The notes under the pieces are model-generated. The model saw nothing but the letters and a program-made list of their open reading frames with translations. It did no database searches and was not told the DNA's origin. DNA of 63,980 nucleotides, filler included, from Thelocarpon superellum (taxonomy: Eukaryota), in NCBI GenBank assembly GCA_026025795.1. It is 3 parts of 3 records of this genome, joined end to end, with 100 filler letters (N's around TTAATTAATTAA, not from the genome) between each part and the next. Parts side by side here need not be neighbours in the genome. Positions count along the whole stretch, not along the records: positions 1 to 23,650 come from JAPEUG010000281.1; 2 more parts are not named here. One strand, written 5' to 3'. Below are positions 1 through 11,889 of this stretch, piece after piece. The translations under genes and the position numbers were made by a program. How positions within the stretch are numbered: position 1 is the first letter of the stretch; each line of letters opens with the position of its first letter.

Positions 1-161
1 TGATCCTCAAATTGCTCGGCAGGCGGCTGGCTACAACCCAGCGGCGCTGTCCCAGCGCGTCATGTGCGGATCTCAGTGAGGCTTGAGACCGTTGGTCGCT
101 CTTCACGTCGGCTTCCGACCTTCAGGAGGCAGGGCCAGCCGGACGGCAGCCCTCGTTGGTG

Positions 162-2860
162 ATGGGTAACGACGGGCATGACAACGATCTGCCCATCCCG
201 AGTTATGCCGAAGCCACCTCGTCTCGACTAACAACTACGCACGCCCATCTCGGCGCAGAAGAGACCAGCGACGATGCCGAACGACAAGGCCTCCTACCCT
301 CCACCCCAACGCCCACACGCCGGCCCCGCGCCGATGGCTATCGCCCGCCCACCGTGGAGTCGGTCCGCGGCAGCACCGAAGGTGACCCCTTTGCGCGGTG
401 GTCCGAGGATCATTCGTCCCGGAGCTCCGAAGATGGCTTACGGCGGGAGATGGACCAGATGGAGGTCCTGGACCCCCCAATGGACGAGCCTCGATCGGGT
501 CGCATGCGCAACAATTTCTCCAAACAGATCACCTATCTGACCGACACGCTGTCCTCGCTCCACCTCCCCTTCCCGGTGCGACTGCCGTCCCTGGCGTCGC
601 TCCTCGGTCGACTCCCAGAGAGCACGACGCCGGTGTTGCTCATCGTCGGCCGCCTCCTGGCCCTGGTGCTGATCTTCGCCGTCGTCTACTTCTTTGCTTC
701 GGAGATCAAATTTGCCAAGGGTGCATTCCGGCAGATGTACGACGAAGAAACCATCCGGAGCTACGTGCAGCACCACATCGACGGCGGCCGCATCCGGGAA
801 CATTTGGAACACTTGACGGCCTTCGATCACGTCGCTGGCACGCAGGGCGACTTCGCCTTAGCCCAGCATGTGCATGGCCTCTTCTCTACCGCGCAGTTGA
901 CACAGCTGGAGATGAACGAGTATCACGTCTATCTGAACTATCCACGACCCTCGGGCCGTCGCGTGGCCATTGTGGATCCGCCCGAGCTGAAATGGGAGGC
1001 GCACATCGAGGAGGACCTCGGCCCCGGCACGAGCAGCGTCACCCAGCGGCAGACGCTAGTCTTTCACGGCCACTCGCGTGCGGGCAACGTGTCGGGACCG
1101 CTCATCTACGCCAACTACGGATCGCGCGACGACTTTGCGAGTCTGAAGGCACAAGGGATCGACGTCTCGGGCAGCGTGGTGCTGGTGCGTTACTACGGCA
1201 CCCAGACCGACCGCGCCCTCAAGGTCAAGGCGGCGGAGCTGGCGGGCGCCGCCGGCTGCATCATCTACAGCGATCCGGACGAGGACGGCTTCAAGAAGGG
1301 ACCGGCGTGGCCCCAAGGTCGGTGGATGCCCGCGGACGGGGTGCAGCGAGGGGCCGTGAGCCTGATGAGCTGGGTGGTGGGCGACGTGCTCACGCCGGGG
1401 TGGGCCAGCACGGAGGACGCGCGGCGAATCTCCAAGGACGACAACGCAGGGCTGGTGAACATCCCGAGCTTGCCGCTGGCGTGGCGGGATGCGCAGCGAC
1501 TGCTGCAGGTGCTCCACGGCCACGGCCGGAAAGTGTCGGATGACTGGGTCGGCGGGGTACCAGACGTGGCGGAGTGGTGGACGGGTGATGCGACGTCACC
1601 CGTGGTCAATCTCATGAACGAGCAGGACGAAGAGGACCGGCAGCCGATCTGGAATGTCCTCGGCCGCATCGGGGGCATGGAGCAGAGCGAAAAGACATTG
1701 ATCGTCGGCAATCACCGCGATGCGTGGTGCTTGGGAGCGGCGGATCCTGGGAGCGGCACGGCGATTCTGCTCGAGGTTGTGTCGGTCTTGGGACGACTGG
1801 CGGAACTTGGATGGAAGCCGCTGCGTACGATCCAATTCGCGTCGTGGGACGGCGAGGAGTATAATCTGATCGGCTCAACGGAGTGGGTGGAAGAAAACAT
1901 GGAGGGCCTCCGTCGCAACGGAGTTGGCTATCTCAACCTCGACACGGCCATCTCGGGGACGACCTTCCGGGCCGCGGCGTCTCCCTTGTTCGAAAGGGCG
2001 CTGCTGCGAGTACTGGACCGGACGATGGACCCGGGCCAGAATCTTACGCTGCGTGAGGTGTGGGAGGCGTCCCACTCGACCCTGGGTGGCCTGGGTGCAG
2101 GCAGCGACTACGTGGCCTTTCAAGACCTGGCGGGCACGTCCAGCCTGGACATGTCCTTTGGGGGCGATGGGTTCCCGTACCACAGCTGCTACGACAACTT
2201 CGAGTGGATGAAGACGTTTGGCGATCCGACGTTTGCCTATCACAAGGCAATGGCGGAAGTGCTGGCCTTGCTCATCCTGGAGATTGCCGATCGGCCCATC
2301 CTGCCGTACGACTTTCAAGCGTACGCCTTCGCCGTGCATGGATACGTGGCAGATCTCGAGCGGAGCATCGGGAAGGTCGACGAGGCCACGTCGATCCATA
2401 TGCAACCGCTCAAGGACGCCAGCGATCAGTTCGCAATGGACGCCGCCTCTTTTCACCTATGGGAAGGCGAGTGGGAGAATCTGGTGCGCGAAAACGGTGG
2501 GGTGGAGAGTAGCGTGGTGGCGATCCATCGGATGAGCCACAACTCACGAATGTCCAACTTTGAGACGCATCTCCTCGATCTCGAAGAGGGGGGAGGGGTA
2601 AGTGACGCTGATGCACCTTCCGGATCCCAGATTCTTTCCCCTTGCTCGAGCTCACGCTAACATGCGCAACAACACAGATTCCCAACCGCACGCAGTTCAA
2701 ACATATCATCTTCGGGCCACAAGCGTGGTCGGGGTACGACGAGGCCTACTTTCCCGCCATCCACGATGCGCTCGAGCAAGGCAACATGACGCTGGTGCAG
2801 TTACAAATCGACAAGGCCGCCAGGATCCTCACACAGGCTAGTCGCAAGCTGCTGAATTGA
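162..2860 (+). CDS. Glutamate carboxypeptidase II-like M28 peptidase (Vps70/Tre family), type II membrane protein
   Basis: ATG 162. One TM segment (LLALVLIFAVVYFF), PA domain (YANYG...DF), M28 zinc/catalytic motifs GNHRDAW, GAADPGSG, WDGEEYNLIGS, YLNLD and YHSCYD. Intron 2598-2677 (gtaagt...gctaac...cag) joins to IPNRTQFKHIIFGP; stop 2858-2860. Confidence 0.92.
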
Positions 2861-3279
2861 TTAGGCTCACTTCAAGAGGGAGGAAGAGGAAGGATCAGGG
2901 TGGAGGTGGAGAGGAGTTTTGTGAGGTGCCAAATCTTGGGTGATGGAGGGTCTAAACCCGGAAAGGTGGAAGGTGGATGGACTGTTGGACGCAAGGACAC
3001 GTCGGTCTACCAGTGGGAGGACGGAAGCATCATTCGGCGCGGCGCGGTGTGGAGCGGGGTTCGTTGATATTCTATTCTCGGTACTACGACTGTCCATAGT
3101 CTCTATTCAACGAGGGTGTACGGAAAATCACATCATTGACCCATCTTTGATCTGTCTAGCCCCCTCTGTTCTAGTAAGTAGATACATAAATCCATTCATC
3201 ACCCTCCACCATCCCCCATCCATCTCGTGCAAGTTCAAGACGCCCTTCACCCCCCGATCTTCGAGCAGAGCAGCAAAGA

Positions 3280-3992
3280 CTAGCTCGCCTTCCCCGACAC
3301 CCCGTCCATCTCATCCTGCGCGGCGACCAGCCTGCCAACCTTCAGATACTTGCCCTGAAAGGTCTCCTCCCAACCATCCAGGGCCTCGATCTGGGCCGGA
3401 TCCAGATCATCCAGCGGATCCAGCGGCGCGTCTAGATCAAGGGTAAGCATCTCCTCATCGAAGCTTTGGCACGCGAGGCCACGACTAGCATCCCGGCCGG
3501 CGAAGTTCGAGTACGGCCCGCCTGGCCCGTAGAAGGTCCGGCCTGGCGTGACGTCGTACACGTTGCCGCGCACCGCAAGGTAGATGGGTGCCTTGCCCGT
3601 GCCGTTGAAGGGGAGGAGCGTGCGGGGCGTGTAGGTGCGGAACACGATGGGCGTGCTCGGTTTGGGCAGCGTGGGGGGCGGCGTCGGGCGGAGCCGCAGG
3701 TAGACTAGCAGGATGAAGAGCGCGAGCAGGATGAGGTTGATGGGTGTTCCGACCGATGCGCTGCGTGTGCGAGACGGAGGTTAGCATGTGGATGGGGGAT
3801 GATGGACGGGTGGTGGTGGGCTAGGGATCTTGGGTGCTGGGGAGGAGGGACGGGGGTGGGAGGAGACAGACGCAACTGCCGCGTCGGGTGCGTAGCCTGA
3901 GGTCGAGGAGTCGGTGTCTGCACCAACAGGCGGGTTAGTGGATGATTGTATGCGCGTGGCACGGATAGATGGATGGATGAACCTTCGGACAT
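3280..3992 (-). CDS. DAP1: Dap1-like membrane-associated progesterone-receptor / cytochrome b5-like heme-binding protein
   Basis: Motifs IYLAVRGNVYDVT, FYGPGGPYSNFAGRDASRGLA and W...F..KY..VG. TM segment PINLILLALFILLVYL. Inferred introns 3918-3982 and 3761-3871; ATG 3992. Confidence 0.88.
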
Positions 3993-4510
3993 TGCTGCTG
4001 CTCTGGTGTGCCTGCCGCGATAGAAGTGGGGGAATCAAAGGAAACGATGCTGGGGTCACGGGCGGGTTGAGTCTGAGGCTTACACGGCGAACTTGTCGAT
4101 GTGGCACCTCATACAAGTGCGAAGTACTTGAGTTGCGTCATTGGTAGGTGAATCCTACGGCAACCGCAACGGGCCGGCCACTGCGGGGCGTGAAATGATC
4201 GGACCTTGTTCGTGAAGCCCGGCCATTTCTATATGCCGAATTTCCGGGAAGTCAATGGAGAATGTCTCTAGAATTACGAGTGGAGTAGCAAACGCAACTA
4301 CACTTCGTTTTGATTTATTTCCTAGGGCCAGAGTACACCCAGAGTACACCTAGAGAAGCTGTCAACGTGCAGCTGGTGAGATCCATGCGCCATCCATGCC
4401 CTTCGCCCGTGTTTTCCCGTGTCATGCTTTCTTGGCGATCGGATCGCAATGGCTACCGTTCCCCCTACGCCAAGACCATCGTGAGACCGTTCTCGAGAGC
4501 ATCGTAGCGA

Positions 4511-5668
4511 TCAGCTGGGTGGCAGGAGTTTCATGTCGCCCTTGCCATTCTCCAGCCATTCCTTGCGGACGAGATTCTCGCGCTCCGCGTAGAGGAACTT
4601 GTACGCGTTGCGGATCGTGCCATCGCTGACTCCCGCCACCACCGAGATCTCCTTGGCCGTCTTGGGACGCTTGGTGAGATACGAGGCCATGTAGATGCAC
4701 GCCGCGGCCACGGAGAGCGGCGATCGGCCGGCCAAGGCGCCCACGCTGGACATGCGCTCCGCCAACTCCTCCGCCACGGACTGGCAGAAGGGCGGCAGCT
4801 GCAGGTGGCTGCAATATCGCACACACAGCTGCTGCGCCCGGGTCGACGTCGTGGAGGTGTAGGAATCGTCGGGGTTGACGACCCCTGCACGCCACGTGTT
4901 AGTCGACAGCCTCACGGACAGCACCGCACGGCGGGGCGCCATACCTCCATTCTGCGCCACCAGGAGAAGCTTCTCCGCGCTCTGCGATGCAAAGAACTTC
5001 TCCAACGCCTTAAAGATCCGACCAATCTCCTTCTTGGTCACGTTGGTCACGGCGAAGACCTCGCGGAAGGTGCGTGGCACTTTGCATTGCCGGCACGCGA
5101 TGAAGATGCATCCCGCCGATAGCACATCCTGCGGCTTGCCTTTCAGCGCCTTGGCATCATCCACCAACTTGAAGAGATGCTTGGCCGTATCCGAGACGTT
5201 CTTGGGGATGTGCATCGCATCGCAAAATGCCCCAATCTCCTTGTACGCCGTGAGCAGTCCCTTGGTCGCCTTGTCGTGCGTCGACTTGTTCTGCGCCCGA
5301 TGTAGCTCGCGACTCCGGCCGGATCCGCCATCACCAAAGGAGATGGTCGTCTGCAGCTGCGACCCGTTGAGCAGGGGGTTGGCGCCATCACCCACGCGCG
5401 ATGGATCGTCGTTGCCCTGGTCATCGTTGGAGAAGGTCCGCCACTCCGACCGGGTGTCGACGATGCGGTCGCCCAGCACCAGGCCACACGACCCACACAC
5501 CATGTCACCCGATGAGAACTCCTCCACCAGATTCGGTGGCACTTCTTTGCAATCGCGGCACATCATGGCCATGTTCAAATTCTCCTGCCATGGCGTTTCC
5601 GATGCCATCTGGCCGGTGACGCCTCCAGGCGAGGTCCGGACTGCCGGTGCAACTGGTGAGGCGGCCAT
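4511..5668 (-). CDS. SUA7: Transcription initiation factor TFIIB
   Basis: Zinc ribbon CRDC...CGSCG, SEWRTFSNDD B-reader, two cyclin folds (ACRQCKVPRTFRE; GRSPLSVAAACIY). In-frame 60-nt intron 4885-4944. Confidence 0.97.
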   Translation of the reverse strand: MAASPVAPAVRTSPGGVTGQMASETPWQENLNMAMMCRDCKEVPPNLVEEFSSGDMVCGSCGLVLGDRIVDTRSEWRTFSNDDQGNDDPSRVGDGANPLLNGSQLQTTISFGDGGSGRSRELHRAQNKSTHDKATKGLLTAYKEIGAFCDAMHIPKNVSDTAKHLFKLVDDAKALKGKPQDVLSAGCIFIACRQCKVPRTFREVFAVTNVTKKEIGRIFKALEKFFASQSAEKLLLVAQNGGMAPRRAVLSVRLSTNTWRAGVVNPDDSYTSTTSTRAQQLCVRYCSHLQLPPFCQSVAEELAERMSSVGALAGRSPLSVAAACIYMASYLTKRPKTAKEISVVAGVSDGTIRNAYKFLYAERENLVRKEWLENGKGDMKLLPPS

Positions 5669-6004
5669 GATGATCGTGAGGGAAGGATTGAGGACAGTAG
5701 CAAGAGTCGCTGTGACGGCGACGAGAGCGAATCACCAGCTTGATCAGGCTTGGAGAGGGAAGTGGCGATAGGAAGAAGAGTGTCAAGCCGGCCTACCAGT
5801 CAAGGTCTCCGTAAGGGCTGAAGTGCGATGTTCAGGTCCTGTACAGATGGCGGCCAAGACTTGACACTCAAGTACTTCCGTGGTCCCCTCGCTGGCCATG
5901 CACGCCGGTACGGGTGATGTGTGAGTGAAGATCGGTTGAGAACAATAGAAGGCTGTGCGGCATTAAGTGATGATGGGGTGACCAGCCAGTCAGTGTCGTC
6001 TCGA

Positions 6005-6032
6005 TGACTCAGGCTGCGTGGATCACGTGATC
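6005..6032. promoter_or_regulatory. Candidate AP-1/Gcn4-CpcA site (TGACTCA) and palindromic E-box (GATCACGTGATC) in the SUA7/ATP14 divergent promoter
   Basis: TGACTCA at 6005-6011. Perfect 12-bp palindrome with CACGTG core at 6021-6032. Motif match only. Confidence 0.4.
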
Positions 6033-6175
6033 TCCCATTTTCGCTGATGAGGCATAGCCGTGGCAGCTACTCTTTCCTTCTAGACACGTCCATCCACCTC
6101 AGTTCCATTACCAACGGCGTCACCAAACGCCTACGTGCTCGACTACTCGTGCACTAGCACACAGGATCCAATAAG

Positions 6176-6687
6176 ATGTTGATTCAATCACTTCGTGTGT
6201 CGGTAAAGCACCTCGTGTCCTGCGTTTGTGGACAATGGCTGACTCGATCGCAGCGATGCACCATCACGCGTGCCACAGCTAGCCGGATCATCTCCCCTCG
6301 GCGAACAATCATCGTCCCTTCCGCCGCGCGACGAGGTACGTGATCGTCCATCGTTGTGGCATGAGGAAGAAGCATCGAGGTGGCGATGATGCGACGAGGC
6401 TGACTTGACCTGCGGCAGCCGATCTCGTGCAAGACATGTACCTGTCTGAGCTTAAGAAATATAAGCCAACCCCCGTCAAGGCGTCGGATGCCGAAGGACA
6501 TGTCCAAAAGTACGCAACCCCCCAGACGCCGCCGTCACCCGAGGAGAGCAACTTGGCGAAGGATCTGAAGGCCTATGAGGAGCAAGTGGTCGAGGTCGAG
6601 GGACAGTCAAGCGCGGGCGAGCCCGTGGTGAAGGAGGAAGATTGGTTTGAAGAAGAGCTCGAGGAAGAACATTCGGCCGCTCACTGA
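6176..6687 (+). CDS. ATP14: Mitochondrial ATP synthase subunit h
   Basis: ATG 6176, Arg-rich presequence, introns 6203-6253 and 6336-6418. Mature part reads ADLVQDMYLSELKKYKP...DAEGHVQKY...P.SPEE...EEDWF. Confidence 0.9.
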
Positions 6688-7654
6688 GCGATGTATGGCG
6701 ATAGCGCATCTTACCTACCACCCACTTAGAGCTGTAACTACACCACGCATGATACGATGGGATCTTGATTCTCGCTACAAGGGGTCCCATGTATTCTCCT
6801 ACGTACGGTTCCACACACCAGCATGAGAAAAGTAGAAGATGCACCCGTCGGCTCCGGCCACACGCATCCGAGAGCCCGACAACGAATGGAAGGAGTAGAC
6901 AAGATGTGACGCTTGGCGGTCAAGCCACGGAGCCGTCGGAGTTCTCGTACCTCCTAATGTTTCTCGCACTAGAGTCGTTCTCGCCATTTCTTTCCGAGCC
7001 AGCGTCCTGGTGCTGGTGGTGGAGCCCGGGAGCCCGTACTCGTACTGCGTATCGTCCATGCATTTCGTCTTAATCTAGTATTTGGGGCGGTTGGATCGCT
7101 TAGACGCAGGTCGGACGGCCTCCTATGCAGATTATGTCATCCGCATCGTACCCGTCCTCACGATATACTTACCAACAATGAGACTTTGAGTTGGCCGGAA
7201 GGACTGCCACGACGCGTCAACGGCTCCACCATGGTCTGGTCGGTGCCCGGCAAGGCTCACGAGTCTTCTTTGATCCATCCTGATCCCTTCTTCTTCTAGT
7301 CATTCGTCCATTACACCCCCCTTATTGCTGCCGTGCACACGGAAGCCGCTCCCCACCTAGCCGGCCCCCTGCGGCCATTCCACTCGCTTTTCATCTGCTC
7401 CCTTACATGCCGATGCTACCTTCCGTTGTGCCCGCTCGTCTCGATCACGACCATTCCACTCGTTCCTCGGCGTCACCACCGCTCGCATCTCGCACGCGAC
7501 CGTATCCCCACTCCCATTCGCCCCACTGATTGGTCGGCCCGTTTCTGATTGTCTCCAAATTCCTTGATCCGCCATGGAGCCCCCGGCCTTCCCCGGAAGA
7601 CGCTGAAGACGACCCGGGGAGGTGGGTCAGGCTTATCGACGGCCCCACAGCCCG

Positions 7655-10600
7655 ATGAGTGCTGGTGAGGCCCCGCCGGACGGCGGTGACGCTCTGTCGT
7701 CGTCACCGCCGCGGCCCCCCCCCATTCCCCCGTCCTCCGAGGATCCTCCGGCCCCGCAGGACGCCGAAAATAGCACCGAGGCCGTTCGCGTACCACGTTC
7801 CGCCAGCTACACCTATCTTCCCTCCTTGACACGATCCAGCACGGCCAAGTCCAGGTCCAAGTCCAAGTCTCGGACACATTCGCCAGTCAATTTTAGCCGG
7901 GCTTTTACCCGCCGTAAATCCGAAGATCCTCGACAAATCCGTATCGCGAGCTTCAACGCCGATGCCGAGGACGATGTTCCCGACACATCCTACAAGTCAC
8001 AGACCTCGTCCCGCCTGCGTCGGAGCTTTGGGCCCATCTCCTGGACCGTGACCGATAGCTTGGCCAGCTTCGCCCGGAAGTCATGGGTTTCCTCCTCCCG
8101 CTCGCCGTCGCCGAGCGGCCGGATGGAGAGCCGGCCATCCAGCAGCGATGGTGAGCGGATCGGCCGGTCAGAAGAGCCCTCCACTGCCACCGGAGCCCTA
8201 TCGGCTTCCCTTGGGGCCGGCGCGGCCACGCCGCCTGAGGAGTCGGGTAACGTCACGTCGGCCACTCGCTCCATCCGAAGCAAGTCCAAACGCCGCTCCG
8301 CCTTGCTGCGCCGGCCCTCCAAGAGATCGCCGAGCCCCTTGTTGAGTGCACCTCGACCCAGCGAGCGGTCTGCTCATCAGCGCTCACCCAGTTTGCCCCG
8401 CTCCGTCTCTTTCGACCGCTTGCCCTCCCTGAGCAGACTGTTTGCGAACGAGCGGCCCGCGCCGATGCCCACATCGGCGTCGACCGACCGCCTGCAGTCT
8501 CCCGGACTGGAACCGACCTTTCGCCGTAAAGATGAACTGTGGAGCGCCTTTCGCGCGCTAGACCACGACTTTCAGAAGTAAGCCTACCCCGATCCCCGTG
8601 TTCCATCTGAAACCCGCGCTGACGAGGCGATAGGTTCCAAACCAAGAGCAGTGCTCTGAAAGCCAATGTCGTGCGAACCTCGCTTCTCCCCTTCTTATCC
8701 GCCTATGTCGATCATCCATCCAATAAGATACTCCGGCCCGGCGACCTGGATCGAAGGGTCCTCATCCTGAACAAATGGTGGACTGGATTGCTAGATATGC
8801 TTGAAGGTGGCCACCAGAGCCTGTCCGGCACAGACCGACCGATCCTGCTGGACGGGATCGTCGGCATTATGACTCGGCCCGAGTGGAGGGCTCCGCCCTC
8901 GGCCTTTGCACCGATGCAAAAGAGTGCTTCTCAGCCGAGCCTCGCCACCAGCAAGCGCACCCGATCCAGCACCTCACTTGCTTCGAGTGCGTCAGACTTT
9001 ATTGCCGAGTCCATTCATCACAACATCCGGAACATGTTCATCCAGAATCTGATGGCGCAGGCGGCTATAGTCGTCGATAAGCTTTCCTTGAAAACGGCTC
9101 CGGCCAGTCTCGTCGTCTTCGGAGGCAAGGCCATGGCGTACGCGTTTTATTTTTGTCCGGGTCTGGCCGAGGTCCTGGTGCGATTGTGGGCGACACCCTC
9201 GGAGAGCATCCGACGCGTGCTCAAGGAGTTTGATGTCGTCGAGAGCGCGGAGGCGTCGATCCTATCCGACGGCCTCGCCTTGTGCTACCCGGAATGTCTG
9301 CGCGGGCTGACCTTCAAGTCTTTTGCGTCGACCGTCAAGGGGCTTCGGAAGCCTCCGACCTTACCGCTGAGCGCGCGGAAGATCAACTGGCGAGGACCGT
9401 GGACAGGGCGATGGGCGGGGAGAGATAGCGATCTCTTCTTTGGCTTCGTCAAGCAGTGGCACATCCTGGCCGACGATTTTCTGCCACCGGATGTGGGCCT
9501 CCGCGAGCGGGCGTGTGCGCCCGCCTTTGTGCTGGTACATGCCCAGCTCTTGACCGTGCTCGATGCCACCATCCGCCGTCGGCCGAACGCACCCCTCGAC
9601 GCGATGACGTCGTCCATTACCTTTGACGACGTCTTGACCGATGCCGACGCCTCCGCCGCGGCCCTCCCCTTGGCCGCGACGAATCTCACGCGGTCCATGG
9701 CAGAGAATCGGCTGATCATGCTCCTCCGTGACGTGCTAGGTGGACGGTCGCCCGTGGCCGACGTCGTGCGGCACCACGTCGCCCAGGTCTTCGTTCGCCT
9801 GCTTCAAGCGGCGGCGCGCAAGGTGTCCCTCTTCAACCAAAATGCTTGCTTCACCTTGTGCGACTTCCTGGAGGAGAGCGCGACGATCATGGTGCGATAT
9901 CAAAAGGGCAGTCCGCCGGCAGCCGACCTGATCGACTGGCGCTTTTGGCTCGCGGTCTGTCAACAGATGGCCGCGAGTCAGAATACCATGTCAGAGCTCC
10001 GGCTGTTCGCTTTTTTGTACGGCGTGTGGGGGTTGGTGACAGCCGATGAGACGCGGAAAGAAGTGCTCTGCCTTGAATGGCTACTCACCGAGAAGACGTT
10101 TGGCACCTTCTTCTCACATTGGTGTCCCATCATCCGTGCCTACTACATGCGGCTGCTTTGTTGGCGTGTCGCCCGCTGCGACGACGAGCCCTCGGACGTT
10201 GACCTCAAGATCTTGCGTGCCATCGCCGATCGCCTCACCGGCGCGTGGTCGCATTTCTTGCGTGCCCGCGCCCAGGCCGAGGCCGACGGCACCCGCATGC
10301 CCTCGACGGCGGCCTGCAGTCCCGCGCCGGGCCGACGTCTGCTGATCGTCCGCAGTGATACCCAGGTCGACCCCAACTTTCTCTTGTCCCTCAATGCGCC
10401 TACCTCAGCGCCGCGCCCATCGACACGGGAGAAGCGGTGGTCCGCCGCCGACTCACTGGTCGAGACGGGCTCTCGTCAGGCCAACGCGCGTGCGTCATTG
10501 CTCCACGACGAGAACCAGGGCCCAAGGACGGAGCCTGGCGCCAGGAAGAAGTGGGGCTTACTGCGAAACATCCGGTCATTCAGCAGTCCGGCGAGTGGCC

Positions 10601-11229
10601 ATCGCGCCAAGCACGACGCCGATGCGCTCCAGTTCCACTCACCGCCGAGCTCCGGTGACTCGTCGCCGGACGAGAACGGGCAGATGAACGGATCGGTCGG
10701 TCATCACACGCCCCCGCCGATTCAGCACTCGTTTCGGTTTTCGCTCGAATGGGTTGATCGTGCCTACGATGGGGGCAAAGACCGGCGCGTCTATCCGCCC
10801 CAGTTGCCCATGCCCGCGCAGCGGCTGCTGCATACGCGACGACGCCTGTCGTCAGAGCATGGGGACGGACCGGACGAGCCGGCTGAAGTGGACGGGAAGG
10901 ATGAGAAGGACGAGAGGGACGAGAGCGACGAGAGGGACCAGAGCGGCGAGAAGGACGAGAGGGACGAAAAGGACGCGGCGGGCGGGTCGACGGACGAGAG
11001 CACGGTAGAGGGAGGGTCGACGAACGAGAAGTCAAGCGCGTCGACCCGCGACCCGCCTGAAGAGCGAGAGACGACGGGCAGCAAATACACCGGTCGCGCG
11101 CTGGCCGAATGGGCGTTGGTGGTCGGCGAATGTCACAACTTCTTCATGCGGCGAAAGTCCGAGGGCGTGACGACGGACGCCTCCGTGGAAACGCCGACGC
11201 TGGGCATGGACGCTTTTCGCAAATTCTAG
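7655..11229 (+). CDS. DUF1765 / UPF0592 protein (Ahk1-like scaffold)
   Basis: Ser/Arg-rich N-terminus. Intron 8578-8633 joins DFQK to FQTKSSALKANVVR. Conserved blocks ILNKWWTGLL, FGGKAMAYAFYFCPG, WAGRDSDLFF, FFSHWCPIIRAYYMRLLCWR and YTGRALAEW. Confidence 0.82.
10899..10974 (+). repeat. Degenerate 9-bp coding repeat (GACGAGAGG-like) encoding DEKDERDESDERDQSGEKDERDEKD
   Basis: Visible tandem array inside the C-terminal part of the DUF1765 gene. Confidence 0.75.
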
Positions 11230-11889
11230 GGTGCGTTTCCCTTACCTTGCATTCCACGGACGCGCCTTGTCCGATGATGATGACTCGCAAACGGTTTACT
11301 TGGGGGGGCCTTGTGGACACGGAAGACTTTGGACATTGGAGCGCCGTCTTATGCATATATCGGTATAGACCTTGATACTCATCAGCTTCACCCGTGTCAT
11401 GTGGCGAACCTAGGCGTTGTATCTCCTTGCTGCTGTTGATCTATCCTCCATCTCTACCACGTATTCATTCCGCCCGCGCCATGTATAATCGGGTCCACTT
11501 GCATTCAGCATGTGCACAGGGAGCACACACCGCGTGACGTAGAGTTGGATGTGCGACGCTTCACCAGCGTCTTGCTCGAGTCCAAGCGGCAGCTTGCAGA
11601 GTATGGGCTCCGTCACGCGTGCGATAGTCAGAGATGTCATCGGTGTCCGCAGCTTGAGTGGGCTTCTAGACTCCTTGTTCACTTGACTGAGGATATGGAC
11701 TCGACGGCTCGGTTTAATCGGGCTGTGTTCGTGAACGATTCCCATTGACCTCACAAAGAATCTCAGCACCTGCATCGTTAACCTCCACAAATTGACGGGT
11801 TTCTTCAGGGTCGAAGCGGGGGCTCTGACACCCTTCACAAGCGTCTCCGTCGGCCTGATGCGATATCTCCGGCGATGATCATCGATACG

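Noticed and set aside
5967..6047. Possible C/D box snoRNA (GTGATGA...CTGA)
   Set aside because: No convincing terminal stem or C'/D' boxes, and it overlaps promoter motifs of a short divergent promoter. An Rfam or snoscan search would be needed.
7165..7175. ATACTTACC as the 5' end of U1 snRNA
   Set aside because: It continues ACCAA rather than ACCTG, and no U1 stem-loops or Sm site were recognised. It is better read as a minus-strand splice donor.
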